From an uncultured Actinomycetota bacterium (lineage in GTDB: Bacteria; Actinomycetota; Humimicrobiia; Humimicrobiales; Humimicrobiaceae): a stretch of DNA of 64,000 nt. Positions 61,632 to 64,000 of this stretch are shown here, one piece after another. The translations under genes and the position numbers were made by a program. The stretch covers positions 1,597-65,596 of the forward strand of contig CAZBSE010000002.1 in NCBI GenBank assembly GCA_964494385.1, in the 5' to 3' direction. Within the stretch, counting starts at the first letter, position 1. Every line of letters begins with the position of its first letter. The notes below the pieces were generated by a model. It searched no databases. It was not told the origin of the DNA and saw nothing but the letters and a program-made list of their open reading frames with translations.

Positions 61632-63296
61632 CTAATCAATTTCTAAAAATTTATGTGAAAAATCAATGGGTTTTATTACCTGATATAAATTTTTCACTAG
61701 TTCAAAACCATATTTATTAAGGTAACCTGTTATATTAATCTCTCTCTCCTGTAACTTACCGTTGGGAAAGATACTGGCATAAATTTTATTTACACTTTCG
61801 ACTGTAAGTTCGTCATGTTTCTTAAATTCTGAATATATCTTTTTATTTAAAACCTTTATTTCTTTTTTTATATTCCTCTTAATTCTATCAAAAGAACTCG
61901 AAATATTCATTTCAAAATCAGAAACGCTTTCTTCCAATTTATTCAATAATCTCTGTATGCCGTTTTCTGAATCCAGCAGTAATTTTTCCACATTAATTTT
62001 TAAATTCTTCTTGATCGCCTTTTTTATCATCTCATCTTCACCTAATTCCAGTTCCGAATCCTGTATCTTTAATCGTTTAATCAGCTTCCATATCTTCTTT
62101 TCAATCATGGTGGCAGAAAACCTTGGATAGATAATCGGCATTTTTAGATTCATAAAATCATAAACAGGTTTTAACTGTGCAAAATAGCTTACTTCCCCCG
62201 GTCCGCAAACAGAACACAATACCGGTAAGAATTCATCCTGGAAAAGGGGTCTTAACACCACATTCAGACTAACGCTGCCAGGGCTTTCCTCTATTATCTT
62301 CCATAATTCACTTTTGCTGTATTTCTTATTTGAAATTTTAAATAAGTCATTTCCGTCCGAATAAATCTTTTTTCTTGTATTTTTCACGTTAAAGAAAAAA
62401 TCAAGCGTGCCCGGCATTGAATTAAGCTGATTATGGTAGCCTCTTCTGTTAAGTCCTTTACCGGCATTATTTATTAAACCGGCTATCTGCTTATGGCCCC
62501 CGGAATCAAACTTCAGTAAATCAAAAGATATTCTTTTCAATTCATCACCGGCAGGATCAATAATCACTATGCCGTAATCCGAAAACATTTTTACGATTAT
62601 GGATGAGAAAAAAGAGGAAATATTTATTTTACCCTGCCTGCCCGCACAGCTGTCCGAAGCGTTTTCCAGGCTGCTTTTATAAAAGCTTATTATATCAGCC
62701 TTAAAACTTGAAGGATAAAGTATATCTTCCAGCTTTTCAATTATCTTTGTAAACCTGGCTTTTTGAATATATATATCAGAATATCTTGTTTCTGAATTAA
62801 AATCCGATAAATCCAGGCTGATGCTTTCAGCTTTTTTATTGATTATATTCAGATTATTTATCTGCCCGGGATCATTATCATCAGATGCATTCCAGAAACA
62901 GGGTACAACAGGTATCTTTAATTCTTTTTCCAGATAACCGCTTATTTTCAATACAGTAAGTACCTTGAATATTATAAATAGCGGTCCTGTCAGAAATCCC
63001 GGCTGCTGCCCCCCTATGACCACCAGTGAATCTTCCCTCTTAAATTTTTCTATATTTTCTATGGTCTTTTTACCGCATCCTATATCCTTGTTATATTTTT
63101 TTATAATGTCATAAATCTTTACCCTGCTTCTTTCGCTGTAGCCCTTCTTAATATCCAGGATCCTCTTCTTGTAATGGTTCATATTTCTATAATCATATTC
63201 ATAAAAACCACTAAGATTTTTAAAATTAAAAATATAATCCCAGAATAGATTATTATAATAAAATTTTTTGGAAATTATCTCTCTAGATGAAATCAT
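61632..63296 (-). CDS. bshC: Bacillithiol biosynthesis cysteine-adding enzyme
   Basis: 554 aa with VVIGGQQPGFLTGPLFIIFKVLT...PVVPCFWNASDDND matching the BshC (YllA) GQQxGLxTGPLY...FWxAxEDHD signature. Confidence 0.8.
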   Translation of the reverse strand: MISSREIISKKFYYNNLFWDYIFNFKNLSGFYEYDYRNMNHYKKRILDIKKGYSERSRVKIYDIIKKYNKDIGCGKKTIENIEKFKREDSLVVIGGQQPGFLTGPLFIIFKVLTVLKISGYLEKELKIPVVPCFWNASDDNDPGQINNLNIINKKAESISLDLSDFNSETRYSDIYIQKARFTKIIEKLEDILYPSSFKADIISFYKSSLENASDSCAGRQGKINISSFFSSIIVKMFSDYGIVIIDPAGDELKRISFDLLKFDSGGHKQIAGLINNAGKGLNRRGYHNQLNSMPGTLDFFFNVKNTRKKIYSDGNDLFKISNKKYSKSELWKIIEESPGSVSLNVVLRPLFQDEFLPVLCSVCGPGEVSYFAQLKPVYDFMNLKMPIIYPRFSATMIEKKIWKLIKRLKIQDSELELGEDEMIKKAIKKNLKINVEKLLLDSENGIQRLLNKLEESVSDFEMNISSSFDRIKRNIKKEIKVLNKKIYSEFKKHDELTVESVNKIYASIFPNGKLQEREINITGYLNKYGFELVKNLYQVIKPIDFSHKFLEID

Positions 63297-63389
63297 AGAA
63301 TTATAAATACTTCTAAAATAAAAAATTCAATATGTATAATATTGTACATAATATCGTATAATTATCCAGATTAAAGTAAATAATTTATC

Positions 63390-64000
63390 ATGATTCATAC
63401 TGAAAATATTCATAGAAAAAATAGGCAAAAAGTAGCCGTAGCCATGAGCGGAGGCATTGATAGTTCCATGGCGGCAAAAATTTTAAAAGACGAAGGCTGG
63501 GAATTAATAGGAGTAACTATAAAGTTTCTTCCCCATAAACTTAATCGAAAAAATCCTTCTGCTGCCTGCTTCCCCCTTGGAGATATTGATACTGCAAAAA
63601 AAGTGTGTCTTAAACTTAACATACCCCATACTGTAATAGATCTTACAAGACAGTTTGAAAAAAAAATAATAAATCCCTTTTGTATTGAATATCAGAAAGG
63701 TAACACTCCTAATCCCTGCGTGGAATGCAATAAGTATATTAAATTCGGAGTACTACTGGAAAAAATTAAAAATCTTGGTGCGGTTTTTCTTGCTACCGGT
63801 CACTACTGCAGGATTGGAAAATCACAACATACGGATTTGTTTGAAATTAAAAAAGGATTTGATAATATCAAGGACCAGAGTTATGTATTATGGAAACTCA
63901 GCCAGAATCAAATCTTAAAAATCAAAACTCCTGTAGGAATATTCTCCAAACATGAAATAAGAAAAAGAGTAAATAAAATATTTCCGTTTCTGGAGGAAAA
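63390..64000 (+). CDS. mnmA: tRNA-specific 2-thiouridylase MnmA, N-terminal part; the gene runs off the window edge
   Basis: Manual translation from ATG 63390 gives MIHTENIHRKNRQKVAVAMSGGIDSSMAAKILKDEGWELIGVTIKF...NPCVECNKYIKFGVLL...ATGHY. This covers the PP-loop SGGxDS motif and the conserved CxxC. It is absent from the ORF table because there is no in-window stop. Confidence 0.9.
   Translation, partial: MIHTENIHRKNRQKVAVAMSGGIDSSMAAKILKDEGWELIGVTIKFLPHKLNRKNPSAACFPLGDIDTAKKVCLKLNIPHTVIDLTRQFEKKIINPFCIEYQKGNTPNPCVECNKYIKFGVLLEKIKNLGAVFLATGHYCRIGKSQHTDLFEIKKGFDNIKDQSYVLWKLSQNQILKIKTPVGIFSKHEIRKRVNKIFPFLEE

Noticed and set aside
63410-63918. ORFs 63410-63622 (-) and 63685-63918 (+)
   Set aside because: Both overlap the clearly readable plus-strand mnmA reading frame starting at 63390 (SGGIDS PP-loop). 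The 63685 ORF is an alternative frame inside mnmA. Both were judged spurious.

Overview
This is an AT-rich bacterial chromosomal window with Firmicutes-like gene order. It is almost entirely core metabolism and DNA repair, with nearly all genes on the minus strand. All calls rest on motif-level homology read from the six-frame ORF track; nothing was searched against a database.

Gene order from low to high coordinates:
- oppDCBA-type peptide ABC transporter (oppD is an N-terminal fragment at the window edge), then secG.
- Glycolytic block gpmI-tpiA-pgk-gap, then rapZ.
- A DUF360 membrane protein, then uvrC-uvrA-uvrB, coaE, a 4-domain S1 protein and polA.
- A plus-strand solitary FMN glutamate-synthase-family gene, tRNA-Leu(CAA), and a GC-rich degraded HD-hydrolase pseudogene.
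- pfkA, then a his cluster hisZ-G-B-H-A-F-IE without hisD or hisC.
- A two-gene module of uncertain function: a B12-binding-like/mutase-like protein plus an opine-dehydrogenase-family oxidoreductase.
- dnaE, an orphan pilB/gspE ATPase and an orphan larB.
- A membrane H+/Na+-pyrophosphatase.
- A small accessory-looking patch: lipoprotein, GNAT-like hypothetical, GC-rich yjbQ.
- A long biosynthetic operon ilvD-ilvB-ilvN-serC-serA-leuA-leuC-leuD-cimA, preceded by an Ile/Leu/Val-rich small ORF that may be an attenuation leader.
- A secreted trypsin-like protease.
- A contiguous bshC-bshB-bshA bacillithiol cluster.
- The 5' end of mnmA on the plus strand.

No CRISPR array, rRNA, transposase or phage block was seen. 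The most unusual items are the mutase-like/opine-DH pair, the putative ilv leader, the HD-hydrolase gene remnant next to the tRNA, and coaE apparently lacking a canonical start codon.
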